Shown: positions 54,619 through 63,042 of the stretch, piece after piece
Layout: every line of letters starts with the position of its first letter
How positions within the stretch are numbered: position 1 is the stretch's first letter
Source of the DNA: Candidatus Latescibacterota bacterium
GTDB lineage: Bacteria; Latescibacterota; UBA2968; UBA8231
Length of the DNA: 64,000 bases
Direction of reading: 5' to 3'
Assembly: GCA_965200315.1 (NCBI GenBank)
Contig: OZ241362.1
Span: 2,944,001-3,008,000, forward strand
Translations under genes and position numbers: made by a program
Notes under the pieces: generated by a model
What the model saw: the letters and a program-made list of their open reading frames with translations, nothing else
Told to the model about the DNA's origin: nothing
Databases searched by the model: none

Positions 54619-55071
54619 ATGTGCATTCGCAAGGTAGTTCTATGGGTTGTCGCGCTTGGTTTGGCGAGCGTCGCGGTGCTCGAAGCCCAGCCGGGAGGTA
54701 GGCGGGGCGGCACGGGCGGCGGCATGGCACCGGAGCAGATTTTTAGCCTGCTGGCCTTTGATGAGAAGTTCAAGGTGACCGACAAGCAGCTAATCGCGTT
54801 GCGGCAGGAGCTTAAACCGCTATACGTTGAGCAACGGCAGATGTTGGCGGAAATGTTCAGCGGCGATGTCGATTTTCGAGCTATGCGCGAAAAAATGCGC
54901 GAGCAGCAGCCTAAGATGCGCTCCAAGATCATGGCCGCGCTTGCCACGGCGTTAGATGCCGAGCAGGTCGAAGCTCTAAAAGCGCATCTACAGGAGCAAC
55001 AGCGCCAGCAGCAGCGCCAGCGCGGTGGGCCGCGAGGGGGTGGGGACGGTCCGCGTGGAGGCGGGTTTTAG
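54619..55071 (+). CDS. Secreted helical protein (Spy/CpxP-like)
   Basis: Signal peptide, Gly/Arg-rich ends, VTDKQ and LDAEQ (LTxxQ-like) motifs; SD AAGGAG. Confidence 0.65.
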   Translation: MCIRKVVLWVVALGLASVAVLEAQPGGRRGGTGGGMAPEQIFSLLAFDEKFKVTDKQLIALRQELKPLYVEQRQMLAEMFSGDVDFRAMREKMREQQPKMRSKIMAALATALDAEQVEALKAHLQEQQRQQQRQRGGPRGGGDGPRGGGF

Positions 55072-55078
55072 AATATTC

Positions 55079-55447
55079 TCAACGCAACAACAACATTTTC
55101 CGCGTCTCCTCCTGTGCCCCAACCTGCAAGCGGTATAGGTACACGCCGCTGGCTAGGTTGCGGCCGTCCCAAGTGATCCGATGGCGTCCTGCGGCTCGGA
55201 CGCCTCGGACTAAGGTCGCCACCTGCTGGCCGACGATCACCTCGGCGGCAGTCCGCGAGAAGGTGGAGTGGCCTGAGATGTGGCCAGCAAAGGGTGGGGT
55301 GACAAATGTGGGCTGTTGGTACGGCCATCAATTCTCGGCTAGGATCCAGCCGACGCCGGCCAAGTCCGTGTCCGGATCGGCGATGTAAGTCGGTCCGAGC
55401 CAAGCTTTTAACTTGATTTTGCCGATGTGTTCCCCGTTCTCTCCGGT
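55079..55447 (-). pseudogene. Remnant of a vanadium haloperoxidase-like protein fused to a FlgD/T9SS-like C-terminal domain
   Basis: GEHIGKIKLKAWLGP...GVGWILAEN*WPYQQPTFVTPPFAGHISGHSTFSRTAAEV then IVGQQVATLV...WDGRNLASGVYLYRL...RKMLLLR*. Confidence 0.75.
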
Positions 55448-55495
55448 TTTTGCGACTAAGCACCCTTTAGGGAAATAGCAAATTGGTACTGACGC

Positions 55496-56053
55496 TCACA
55501 GCTTCCTTACGATGTCTCCAACCCGTATCGCGCCCGGATGAACAACCTTGGCGTTGACGCCGCGCAGCCGAAGCTGTTTGCCCGCCCGAGAATTGACAAA
55601 CTTCAGGGCGTCCAGCCCAAAGCGGGCGGCGTATTTTTTGCAACCAGTGTGGGGTGGCTCAGTGATTTGGATCACGGCTGCGCCTAGGGACAGACGAGTC
55701 CCGGGTGGCACGTTATCCACGCTTAGGTCGAAGTCGACGTATAGCTGATCCCCTGCTAGGGGCCAACGCTCCTTTTCTTGGGCCACTAGGGCCATCAAGC
55801 GGGCGTTGGTCAGTGTGAGCTGCATGTCTGGGTGCGCCGATCCATCTGCGGTTTGCGAACTGCCGCGCTGTTTCCAGTTGTCGCCCACCAGCCCTTCGGC
55901 TAGATCGAGTTCCCCCAATTCTAATACTTCCCGCACCTCGGTCTGCGGCCGCCGCACGATGAGTTCCAATACGCCCGTGGCTTTGGGCGACTGACGAATG
56001 GCGTCTAGCCCGGCGGTTAGTGTTTCTAGGGATAGGTGTTTCACTTCAGACAA
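55496..56053 (-). CDS. MOSC domain protein
   Basis: GLVGD, GDQLYVD, PHTGCKK, RGVNAKV...GAIRVGD. Confidence 0.85.
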   Translation of the reverse strand: MSEVKHLSLETLTAGLDAIRQSPKATGVLELIVRRPQTEVREVLELGELDLAEGLVGDNWKQRGSSQTADGSAHPDMQLTLTNARLMALVAQEKERWPLAGDQLYVDFDLSVDNVPPGTRLSLGAAVIQITEPPHTGCKKYAARFGLDALKFVNSRAGKQLRLRGVNAKVVHPGAIRVGDIVRKL

Positions 56054-56070
56054 GATTGACCTCCTGAATT

Positions 56071-56369
56071 TTATCGTGGTGCTTCATAGGACCCTTCAAT
56101 CCCCCCAGACGAGAAGAGCACTTGCCAGAGTTGGTTTGACCGGGCGCGGAAGGAGCCAGCGCAAGTCAGCAAGTAGAACGTCCACATCCGGTAGAAGTGC
56201 TCGTCGTAGTGGGCCTTGAGTTCGCTCCAAGCCGCGTTGAAATTGGCGTACCAAGCCATCAGCGTCCGGTCATAATGCGGCCCCAAGGCATGCCAGTCCT
56301 CTAAGACGCGATGCACACGTCGGCCTCTTCGAGCAGTGCTTCTATGCGGCGATAGGCGGTCTGATTCAT
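56071..56369 (-). pseudogene. cfa: Cyclopropane fatty acid synthase with large internal deletion
   Basis: MNQTAYRRIEALLEEADVCI joined out of frame to LEDWHALGPHYDRTLMAW...FYRMWTFYLLTCAGSFRAR. Confidence 0.8.
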
Positions 56370-56420
56370 GGCGGCTCGTCTTTTGAGAATCGTTCTGAAA
56401 ACCCCCGTCGGGCGGCTTTG

Positions 56421-56472
56421 TTGCATCCCGCGTTTTTCGAGGGCGAGACGCCCTCGGTCCCAGCGGTTGGAA
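56421..56472 (+). repeat. REP-like palindrome, copy 3
   Basis: CATCCCGCGTTTTTC-GAGGGCGAGACGCCCTC-GGTCCCAGCG. Confidence 0.8.
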
Positions 56473-56663
56473 AGACCCAACCCGGCATGTTCAGACCGCT
56501 TCTAAGAAAATGGCAGCGCATAGTATGCGTAACGAGTATGCGGCAAACAACCCTATATCGGAGATCACGCGCTTGACAGTTAGCCGCGTCTCGCTGCAAT
56601 TTTCGGCACGGCGCGAGAGGCTTGAACCATCACTCTGTTAGCAAAAAGTAAGGCAAGGAGTTT

Positions 56664-58259
56664 ATGGCCAAGGATCGCAGACCCAATTTCCTGTGGATTT
56701 CATTTGAGGATACCAACCCCCGGTACGGGTGCTACGGCGACCCGGTGGCGCGCACGCCCACGCTGGATCGGCTCGCCGCCGAGGGATGCCGCTGGACGCG
56801 CTGCTTCTCCACGGCTGGCGTCTGCGCCCCGGCCCGGTCGGCCATCATCACCGGCATGTACGCGATCTCGATCGGCACTCATCAGATGCGCACGACGCAC
56901 GCCAATCGCGCTACGCCGGAAATGCCCACGCCGTATTCGGCTGTTTTGCCGCACTACGTAAAGTGCTTTACGGAGTATCTGCGAGCGGCTGGGTATTATT
57001 GCTCCAACAACGCCAAGACCGACTACCAGTTTACTCCCCCGCTGACGGCTTGGGACGCGCTTGGCCCGGACGCCCACTGGCGCGACCGTCCCGACCCCGA
57101 CCAGCCGTTTTTCGCGGTATTCAACCCCACGCGCACCCACGAAAGCGGCATGTGGCCGGAGAAGTGCCCTGAGCCGGAGTTCGACCCGGACGCCATTCCG
57201 CTGCCGCCCCATTTCCCCGATACCCCGGTAGTGCGCCAAGCCATGGCGCGGATGTACACGCATATTGCACACAGCGACCAAGAGCTTGGCCAATTCCTGC
57301 AACAGCTCCGCGAAGACGGCTTGTCCGAGAATACGTACATCTTTCACTGGAGCGATCACGGCCCGCTGCCGCGCGGCAAGCGCTGGCCGTACGACGCAGG
57401 CATTCACGTGCCCCTGATCGTCCGCGGCCCGGGCATGGAAGCGGGGCAGGTCTGCGAGGACTTGGTAAGCACGGTCGATCTAGGCCCTACGATGCTCTCG
57501 CTTGCGGGTATCGATGTGCCCGCCCATATACAGGGCCGTGCGTTTTTGGGCCCCCAAGCCCAACCGCCTAGGGAGTACATATACGCGAGCAGGGACCGAC
57601 ACGACGAGGCGTACGACATGGTGCGGGCCGTGCGTGACCGCCGCTTTAAGTACATCCGCAACTACCGGCCCGACCTCCCCTACTTGGCGTGGATCCCCTA
57701 TCGCAATCGGCACCCCATTGTGCAGGAAATGTGGCGCTTGCACTTGGCCGACGAGCTGGACGAGACGCAATCGGCCATGTTCCGCTACCCGAGGCCGGTC
57801 GAAGAGCTGTACGACACCGATGCCGATCCGCACGAGATAGACAACTTGGCGGCCAATCCCCAGTACCAGCCGGAGCGAGATCGCCTGCGCGGAGCCTTGG
57901 ACGAATGGCTGCGCGAAGTGGGCGATATGGGCCGAATGGCAGAAAGCGAAATGGTGCGACGGTGGTATCCCGATGGCCAACAGCCGCAGACGGCCTCGCC
58001 GGTGTGCGTGCCCATCTGTGCCGACAGTCCCGGAACTGAGCCGACGCAAGGCGGTACATTCCAAGGGCCGCTGCTGGTGCAGCTCCACTGCGCCACGCAG
58101 GGGGCTTCTATGGCATACGCTGTGGACGATGATCCGCACTGGTGCCTCTACACCGAGCCGTTGCGCATGGAAGCTGGAACGACCACCTTGCGGACCAAGG
58201 CAATTCGCATTGGGTACGAGGAGAGCCAAGAGATACGTGCGACCTTTGTCGTAGAGTGA
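56664..58259 (+). CDS. Formylglycine-dependent sulfatase with C-terminal Fn3-associated/chitobiase-like domain
   Basis: PNFLWISFED, CAPAR, KTDY, SDHG; C-terminal CATQGASMAY...YTEP...KAIRIGY. Confidence 0.92.
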   Translation: MAKDRRPNFLWISFEDTNPRYGCYGDPVARTPTLDRLAAEGCRWTRCFSTAGVCAPARSAIITGMYAISIGTHQMRTTHANRATPEMPTPYSAVLPHYVKCFTEYLRAAGYYCSNNAKTDYQFTPPLTAWDALGPDAHWRDRPDPDQPFFAVFNPTRTHESGMWPEKCPEPEFDPDAIPLPPHFPDTPVVRQAMARMYTHIAHSDQELGQFLQQLREDGLSENTYIFHWSDHGPLPRGKRWPYDAGIHVPLIVRGPGMEAGQVCEDLVSTVDLGPTMLSLAGIDVPAHIQGRAFLGPQAQPPREYIYASRDRHDEAYDMVRAVRDRRFKYIRNYRPDLPYLAWIPYRNRHPIVQEMWRLHLADELDETQSAMFRYPRPVEELYDTDADPHEIDNLAANPQYQPERDRLRGALDEWLREVGDMGRMAESEMVRRWYPDGQQPQTASPVCVPICADSPGTEPTQGGTFQGPLLVQLHCATQGASMAYAVDDDPHWCLYTEPLRMEAGTTTLRTKAIRIGYEESQEIRATFVVE

Positions 58260-58271
58260 GAAGCGATAGGT

Positions 58272-58292
58272 TATCCGCAGATGGGCGCAGAG
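58272..58292 (+). repeat. TATCCGCAGATG-type repeat, copy 2
   Basis: TATCCGCAGATGGGCGCAGAG. Confidence 0.6.
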
Positions 58293-58354
58293 TAGAAGCA
58301 AGAAGCTCCGCATGTAGTGCAGATTGCCCAAGAAGCTGGCGTGGAGGTAGAGAC

Positions 58355-59110
58355 GTGAACGAAGAATTGCAAGCCGCAGCCGAGCATATAGACGCCTATG
58401 GGTACTGCGTACTAAAGGACCGCATGCCCCGCGAAGCCGCCTTGGCGTTGGGCCGCCGCTGTCTGGTGCTACACCGCGACCCGCGCTGCCAAGACTATAT
58501 CGTGGGCGACGAGTTCTATCAGACCTTGTTCGGCATGCTCAATCAAGACGACGAGGTTTGGAACTGCGCCTTCCACCCAGATACTGTGGCCCTTGCGCGG
58601 CACTTTTTGGGGCCGCGCTGCCGCGTCGTCGAAGCGTGCTCCAAGCCGACTTGGCCTGAGGCGCCCGCTCAGCATTTACACGTCGATTCTGCGGGATCGT
58701 TTGCCCAAGTGCCCGATGTGCCGTGGATGATCAACAGCATTTGGATGCTCACGGACTTTACCGCGGCCAACGGGGCCACTGGCGTCGTGCCCATGAGCCA
58801 CCGGTCGCGGCGGTCCAGCCCACCGCCCGATATAGGTGCTGATAGCCCGTTGATCAAGCCCGTAGAAGGCCGCGCTGGCTCGGTGATGCTGTGGCACGGG
58901 GGAGTTTTTCACCAAGCCCGGGCCAATCAGAGCGAGGACGTGCGGATAGGGCTGAATATCGCGTATTATCCTCCTTGGTTTAACAATTGGATTGAAGGCG
59001 GGCACCAGCCCTTGTGGCCAGAGACGTACGAGCGCATGCCCGCAGACTTCCGCCGCCTGTGCCCGGGGCTGTTGGGTCGCCGCCGCGCTGACCGCTATGA
59101 GCCGCGGTGA
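58355..59110 (+). CDS. Phytanoyl-CoA dioxygenase (PhyH) family Fe/2OG enzyme
   Basis: LHVD (HxD), NGATGVVPMSH, FH...N..R; SD GGAGG before GTG 58355. Confidence 0.88.
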   Translation: MNEELQAAAEHIDAYGYCVLKDRMPREAALALGRRCLVLHRDPRCQDYIVGDEFYQTLFGMLNQDDEVWNCAFHPDTVALARHFLGPRCRVVEACSKPTWPEAPAQHLHVDSAGSFAQVPDVPWMINSIWMLTDFTAANGATGVVPMSHRSRRSSPPPDIGADSPLIKPVEGRAGSVMLWHGGVFHQARANQSEDVRIGLNIAYYPPWFNNWIEGGHQPLWPETYERMPADFRRLCPGLLGRRRADRYEPR

Positions 59111-59144
59111 TTCACCGCGCCGTTAGGCGTGATGTGGGAATGAC

Positions 59145-59165
59145 TATCCGCCGATGGACGCAGAG
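59145..59165 (+). repeat. TATCCGCAGATG-type repeat, copy 3
   Basis: TATCCGCCGATGGACGCAGAG. Confidence 0.6.
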
Positions 59166-59196
59166 GCGATCCTTTAAGACTGACAAGGAGTTTCCC

Positions 59197-59940
59197 ATGA
59201 AAACAGTAGTCTTCGGTGCCGCCGGTTGGCTCGGCCGCGCCGTCTTGCAAAACTTGGCTGGCAAACACGATATCCGCGCCTTTGACTACGGCCCCCAAGC
59301 TTGGGAAGCCGGGCGCGACATAGACGGCGATTGGACCGGCGGCGAAGTGATCCACGGCGATATAGCCGATTACAACGCGGTGGAGCAAGCCATCAGCGGC
59401 GTGGATTGCGTCATCCACACGGCGGTTTACTTCGTCGGCGACCCCAACGACGACAAGCCCTTCCTCATCAACCTCAAAGGTTTGTGGAATGTCCTACAAG
59501 TGGCCCAAGAGCAAGGCGTCCGCAAAGTAGTACACATCGGATCGTGCCAAACCGTGCATTCCGAAGGAGTTTTCTTCTCCTCGGAAGTGCGGCGGCCCGA
59601 TGGTAGCCTGTATGCGGTATGCAAGCGGCTACAGGAGGAAATGTGCCGCCAGTTCCACGAAGCCTTTGGGCTGCCCATTGTGGTCTTGCGGCCCGACTAT
59701 ATTGTGGATTCGCGCTTGGGGATTGGCAAATATCGGGAACCATTGCAGGACATCCGCAACGGCTTGGTCTGCCGCCACGATTTGGCCGAAGCCTGTCGGC
59801 TGGCCTTGGAGCGAGACGAGGTGCAATTCGACGTGTTGCATGTGGTTGGCATGCCGGAAGCGGACGCTACTTGCAATACGGCACGGGGACGGGAGGTGTT
59901 GGGGTTGGAGTACAGGGGGGATTTGGATCAGTACCGATAA
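59197..59940 (+). CDS. NAD-dependent epimerase/dehydratase family protein
   Basis: GAAGWLG, YAVCK; SD AAGGAG before ATG 59197. Confidence 0.87.
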   Translation: MKTVVFGAAGWLGRAVLQNLAGKHDIRAFDYGPQAWEAGRDIDGDWTGGEVIHGDIADYNAVEQAISGVDCVIHTAVYFVGDPNDDKPFLINLKGLWNVLQVAQEQGVRKVVHIGSCQTVHSEGVFFSSEVRRPDGSLYAVCKRLQEEMCRQFHEAFGLPIVVLRPDYIVDSRLGIGKYREPLQDIRNGLVCRHDLAEACRLALERDEVQFDVLHVVGMPEADATCNTARGREVLGLEYRGDLDQYR

Positions 59941-59957
59941 CAGGCAACGCGAGGTTA

Positions 59958-61151
59958 CTACAAACGATCCCGCTTCATGTTATCGAGGAATTGTTTGATT
60001 TGTTCTCGCAGTTTGGCCTCGTCCTTCATCATCTGCTTGACCTTAGCTCTTGTCGGTTCGGTGCCATGGGCCATAGCATTGCGAAGCTCACGAAGGTTTT
60101 TGTATGAATTCGACATTCTCGCCTTCTCATATTCATCCTTTGCGTCTTGGCGATCCGCGTACCGTGCGGGATCTCCTCCACGCCGGGAGACGAGATAGGT
60201 CACAAAGGCTTCTTGTGCGTAAATCGTGGCTCGGAGATAGTCGCGCCTTTTTAGGTAATCCTCGGCGAGTTGGCTCTGCCGGCGCTGTGGAGTCTTTTTG
60301 TGACTCCAAGCCAATCGGTCTTGAAGAGTTAACTGAAACAGGCGAGCGACCCCAGTGAAGGGGTCAGATTTAAGGGCATCGTCGATACTCTTGATCTTTT
60401 CTTTGGCAAGAGATTCTTGAGAGGTTCGTTCAAAAAAGGCAGCCTTGTGCATGGGAGCCGCCAAACTAAGGTTCGCATTTGGCAGCAACTCCGCAAAAAC
60501 TCCGTAGTCGCCGGTATGTTCAAACTGACTCAAGGATCGGACCCAGTCGAACAGGTGCAACAGTCCCTTCAGATCATACACCGTTCCGGTCTTGGTGTCT
60601 GGGTCGTAAAAGCCATGCCAGAGTGCTTGCAACGTAATGTTCTGAACGGCTTGGAGATAAACTCCCGCCACCATCGCAATCATGGGCAAATGGCGAAAGG
60701 CGTGAGAAACGTCCAAGGAAAGCTCGGCGACGTCCTTGGTTGCCTTCGCCATAGTGTGCAGAACGTCGAGTTGTTCCGTTTCCGTGAGTCCCTTGGGTAT
60801 GAGATGAAGCTGGGTCTTGACGCCGAGATGATCTTTAATCAAGGGTTCGATAGCTCGGAGGTAATTGTCTGAAACGGTTTGTTCTTCTACTGCGTCCATG
60901 AGCTCTTCCCAGACCTTTTCCAGATCTGGCCTATCCGCTATCCCGGCGGATAGGGCCAAAAAGTCCCACATGCTGCCGCTGGTGCCGAGAACGATCACGA
61001 GGTCGGGTTCCAAGTGCTCAGCCAAGTGCCACCCCAGTACTGCGGTCGTACTCTTGTGTCCATCGGGGAACTGATACGTGGTGGTTTTGTATCCATCGGT
61101 TTGGTCGTCACGGGGAGTTCGGCCCAGAAAGGTGATCAGAGCATGAGTCAT
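59958..61151 (-). CDS. csx1: CRISPR-associated CARF-HEPN ribonuclease (Csx1/TM1812, TIGR02221-like)
   Basis: LITFLG, LGTSGSMW, LDVSHAFRHLPM (DxTHG variant), HEPN RNAMAH. Confidence 0.88.
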   Translation of the reverse strand: MTHALITFLGRTPRDDQTDGYKTTTYQFPDGHKSTTAVLGWHLAEHLEPDLVIVLGTSGSMWDFLALSAGIADRPDLEKVWEELMDAVEEQTVSDNYLRAIEPLIKDHLGVKTQLHLIPKGLTETEQLDVLHTMAKATKDVAELSLDVSHAFRHLPMIAMVAGVYLQAVQNITLQALWHGFYDPDTKTGTVYDLKGLLHLFDWVRSLSQFEHTGDYGVFAELLPNANLSLAAPMHKAAFFERTSQESLAKEKIKSIDDALKSDPFTGVARLFQLTLQDRLAWSHKKTPQRRQSQLAEDYLKRRDYLRATIYAQEAFVTYLVSRRGGDPARYADRQDAKDEYEKARMSNSYKNLRELRNAMAHGTEPTRAKVKQMMKDEAKLREQIKQFLDNMKRDRL

Positions 61152-61456
61152 GGGGAGTTCTCCGGTTCGATGCGGATGACGCGGTATTCTTCGAGGCGGG
61201 CACCAGCTTGATTCATCTGCTCGGCTGAAAGCTCTCGGCCTCGCAGTTCGGCGGGCAGGTCAAGGGAAAGATGCAAATAGCGGGCACCGCGTACTTGCAA
61301 TTCGGCGGCCAAATGAATGGGGAGCGTTCCAATCACGATATCGCCGGGATTGACGGAAGAAATATCGAGATGGTTGACCCAAACGTCGACGCTAATCCCG
61401 TGGGCCTCCGCCCATTCTATCGCACCGCGATGGCGGGTGATGAAGCGGACGGTCAT
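61148..61456 (-). CDS. csx16: CRISPR-associated Csx16
   Basis: FITRHRGAIEW, GDIVIGTLPIHLAA, RGRELSAEQM. Confidence 0.9.
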   Translation of the reverse strand: MTVRFITRHRGAIEWAEAHGISVDVWVNHLDISSVNPGDIVIGTLPIHLAAELQVRGARYLHLSLDLPAELRGRELSAEQMNQAGARLEEYRVIRIEPENSP

Positions 61457-61469
61457 AGATTAGGCTCCT

Positions 61470-62645
61470 CTACGAATCATTACTGCGGATTTTAGCGATG
61501 GCTTCTCGCCGTTTTGCCTCTTGTCTCGTTCGTTGCTTCTTGTTCTTTCCGGAGTCAAACCAGCCGATTTCATCGTAACATGCTTCAAGCGCGGTTGCGG
61601 CGTCTTTTCTTTCGTCAGCGTCTGTCCACTCAAAATCGCCTTCAGTTAGCTTATTGGCCGCTGCCTTGACCTGTTCGCGGATTCCTTGTTTTTCTTTATC
61701 GCTTTTCGCCTCCTTAAACTTTTTGATCGTCTGCTGTATATCCTCAAGTCGCCTCCTTCCTTCTGACAACGCCTCTCGGCGTTGTTGTTCCGCCTCTTGT
61801 TCCCGTCGTTCCCCTTCTTCTCTTTTCAAACGAGCGGTCTCTTCCTGTTGTCTTGCGACTTCCCGTTCTTTTTGCTTTCGCCGGGCGGCGTCTTCCTCGA
61901 ACAGACCGTACCCTGCACTCGTCTTGGCCCCAGCTCCCCGAGTACTCAGCGCATCAATCAGCATTTGCTCTGCTAGTTCTAACCAAGCAAGCGGCCCTTC
62001 AAGCACGAACAAAAAGGTACCCTGTACGGCGACTTGGGCATTTGGGACTGGGCTGTCGAAATCAGTGGCCGGCGTTGCACCGTCTTTGCCGTAGTAGTCT
62101 AGATGGTGAGAGGTGACAATTTCTTGTACCAACGGATATTTGGCTGAGTTAGGCACCCACCAAGCGTCGTGAAAGGTAATCAGCCCGGACAAGCCGGCTG
62201 GCCGCTCTTTGGTGCCCGGTGCACCAAACAGCTCCTCGCGGATGTCGTCTCCCTGTGTACCGAATCGTTCGCGTACGTGTGCATTGACGACGCCTTTGAT
62301 GCTTGAACCGGGAATGTACGGCATGCCGTGGCTGTGACTGATGGCGCAGCCCGTCTCTAGCAGGCCACCACCACTCAGGCCGATGAACAGCCGGGTATTG
62401 AGCTTCAGAAATACGTGGCGAAAGCGGTTCGTATCCTTGGTGGCTTTTTTCCAACGTTTATAGGTACGCACGTAGAAGTCGCTGGCGGTGCGCTCGCACA
62501 CGCGCTTTATGTATTTTGTTTTTGCCTCTTTGTCATTTTTATCATACTCAGGTAGGCCGCGTTGTAGCAGCAAGCCCGGATGGGCATCTTGCGCCACTTT
62601 GTACAGGCAGCGCAGACTATTGCGCATCAACTGCGTTGTCATCAT
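61470..62645 (-). CDS. cmr6: Type III-B RAMP Cmr6 with C-terminal extension
   Basis: GMPYIPGSSIKG, FHDAWW, DFDSPVP, GAGAKTSAGYG. Confidence 0.93.
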   Translation of the reverse strand: MMTTQLMRNSLRCLYKVAQDAHPGLLLQRGLPEYDKNDKEAKTKYIKRVCERTASDFYVRTYKRWKKATKDTNRFRHVFLKLNTRLFIGLSGGGLLETGCAISHSHGMPYIPGSSIKGVVNAHVRERFGTQGDDIREELFGAPGTKERPAGLSGLITFHDAWWVPNSAKYPLVQEIVTSHHLDYYGKDGATPATDFDSPVPNAQVAVQGTFLFVLEGPLAWLELAEQMLIDALSTRGAGAKTSAGYGLFEEDAARRKQKEREVARQQEETARLKREEGERREQEAEQQRREALSEGRRRLEDIQQTIKKFKEAKSDKEKQGIREQVKAAANKLTEGDFEWTDADERKDAATALEACYDEIGWFDSGKNKKQRTRQEAKRREAIAKIRSNDS

Positions 62646-63040
62646 CCATCCCCCTCTGACTCGGCGTCGCCGGTGGCGTTCACGCCCAAAACGCCCTGCA
62701 CGTAGCGTTTGATCCAGCCGCTTGCCTCTAGGGATTGGCGCGTGAGATTCAAAGTCTGGCTGAGGTCGCTGGCGATAACTAGCTGGTGAAGGGCTGGACC
62801 GTCGTTCGCGGTGCTGGCTTTGGCAGCACCGACGACGGTATTCAAATCGTTGAGCAGGGCGCGATGCTCGGGTTCGCCTTTGGCAAGCAGGAAGCCAGTG
62901 GCTTGGGCAAGGCCGTTGTTGAGTATCATGCTTGGTAACTTATGTGCCAAAGCACCATACTTCTTCTTATTCTGGTCTTCGCTGCGATCGGCAACGCATT
63001 TGTAAGCCGCACGGGCGACCTTGTGGGTGCGGATATCCAT
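62642..63040 (-). CDS. cmr5: Type III-B small subunit Cmr5
   Basis: KLPSMILNNGLAQATGFL...WIKRY. Confidence 0.92.
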   Translation of the reverse strand: MDIRTHKVARAAYKCVADRSEDQNKKKYGALAHKLPSMILNNGLAQATGFLLAKGEPEHRALLNDLNTVVGAAKASTANDGPALHQLVIASDLSQTLNLTRQSLEASGWIKRYVQGVLGVNATGDAESEGDG

Positions 63041-63042
63041 AC

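Noticed and set aside
55328-55330. TGA recoding (Trp or Sec) in the haloperoxidase-like frame
   Set aside because: TGA is a normal stop in core genes here (dnaN, gyrA, sucD) and the gene is otherwise truncated; a nonsense mutation is simpler
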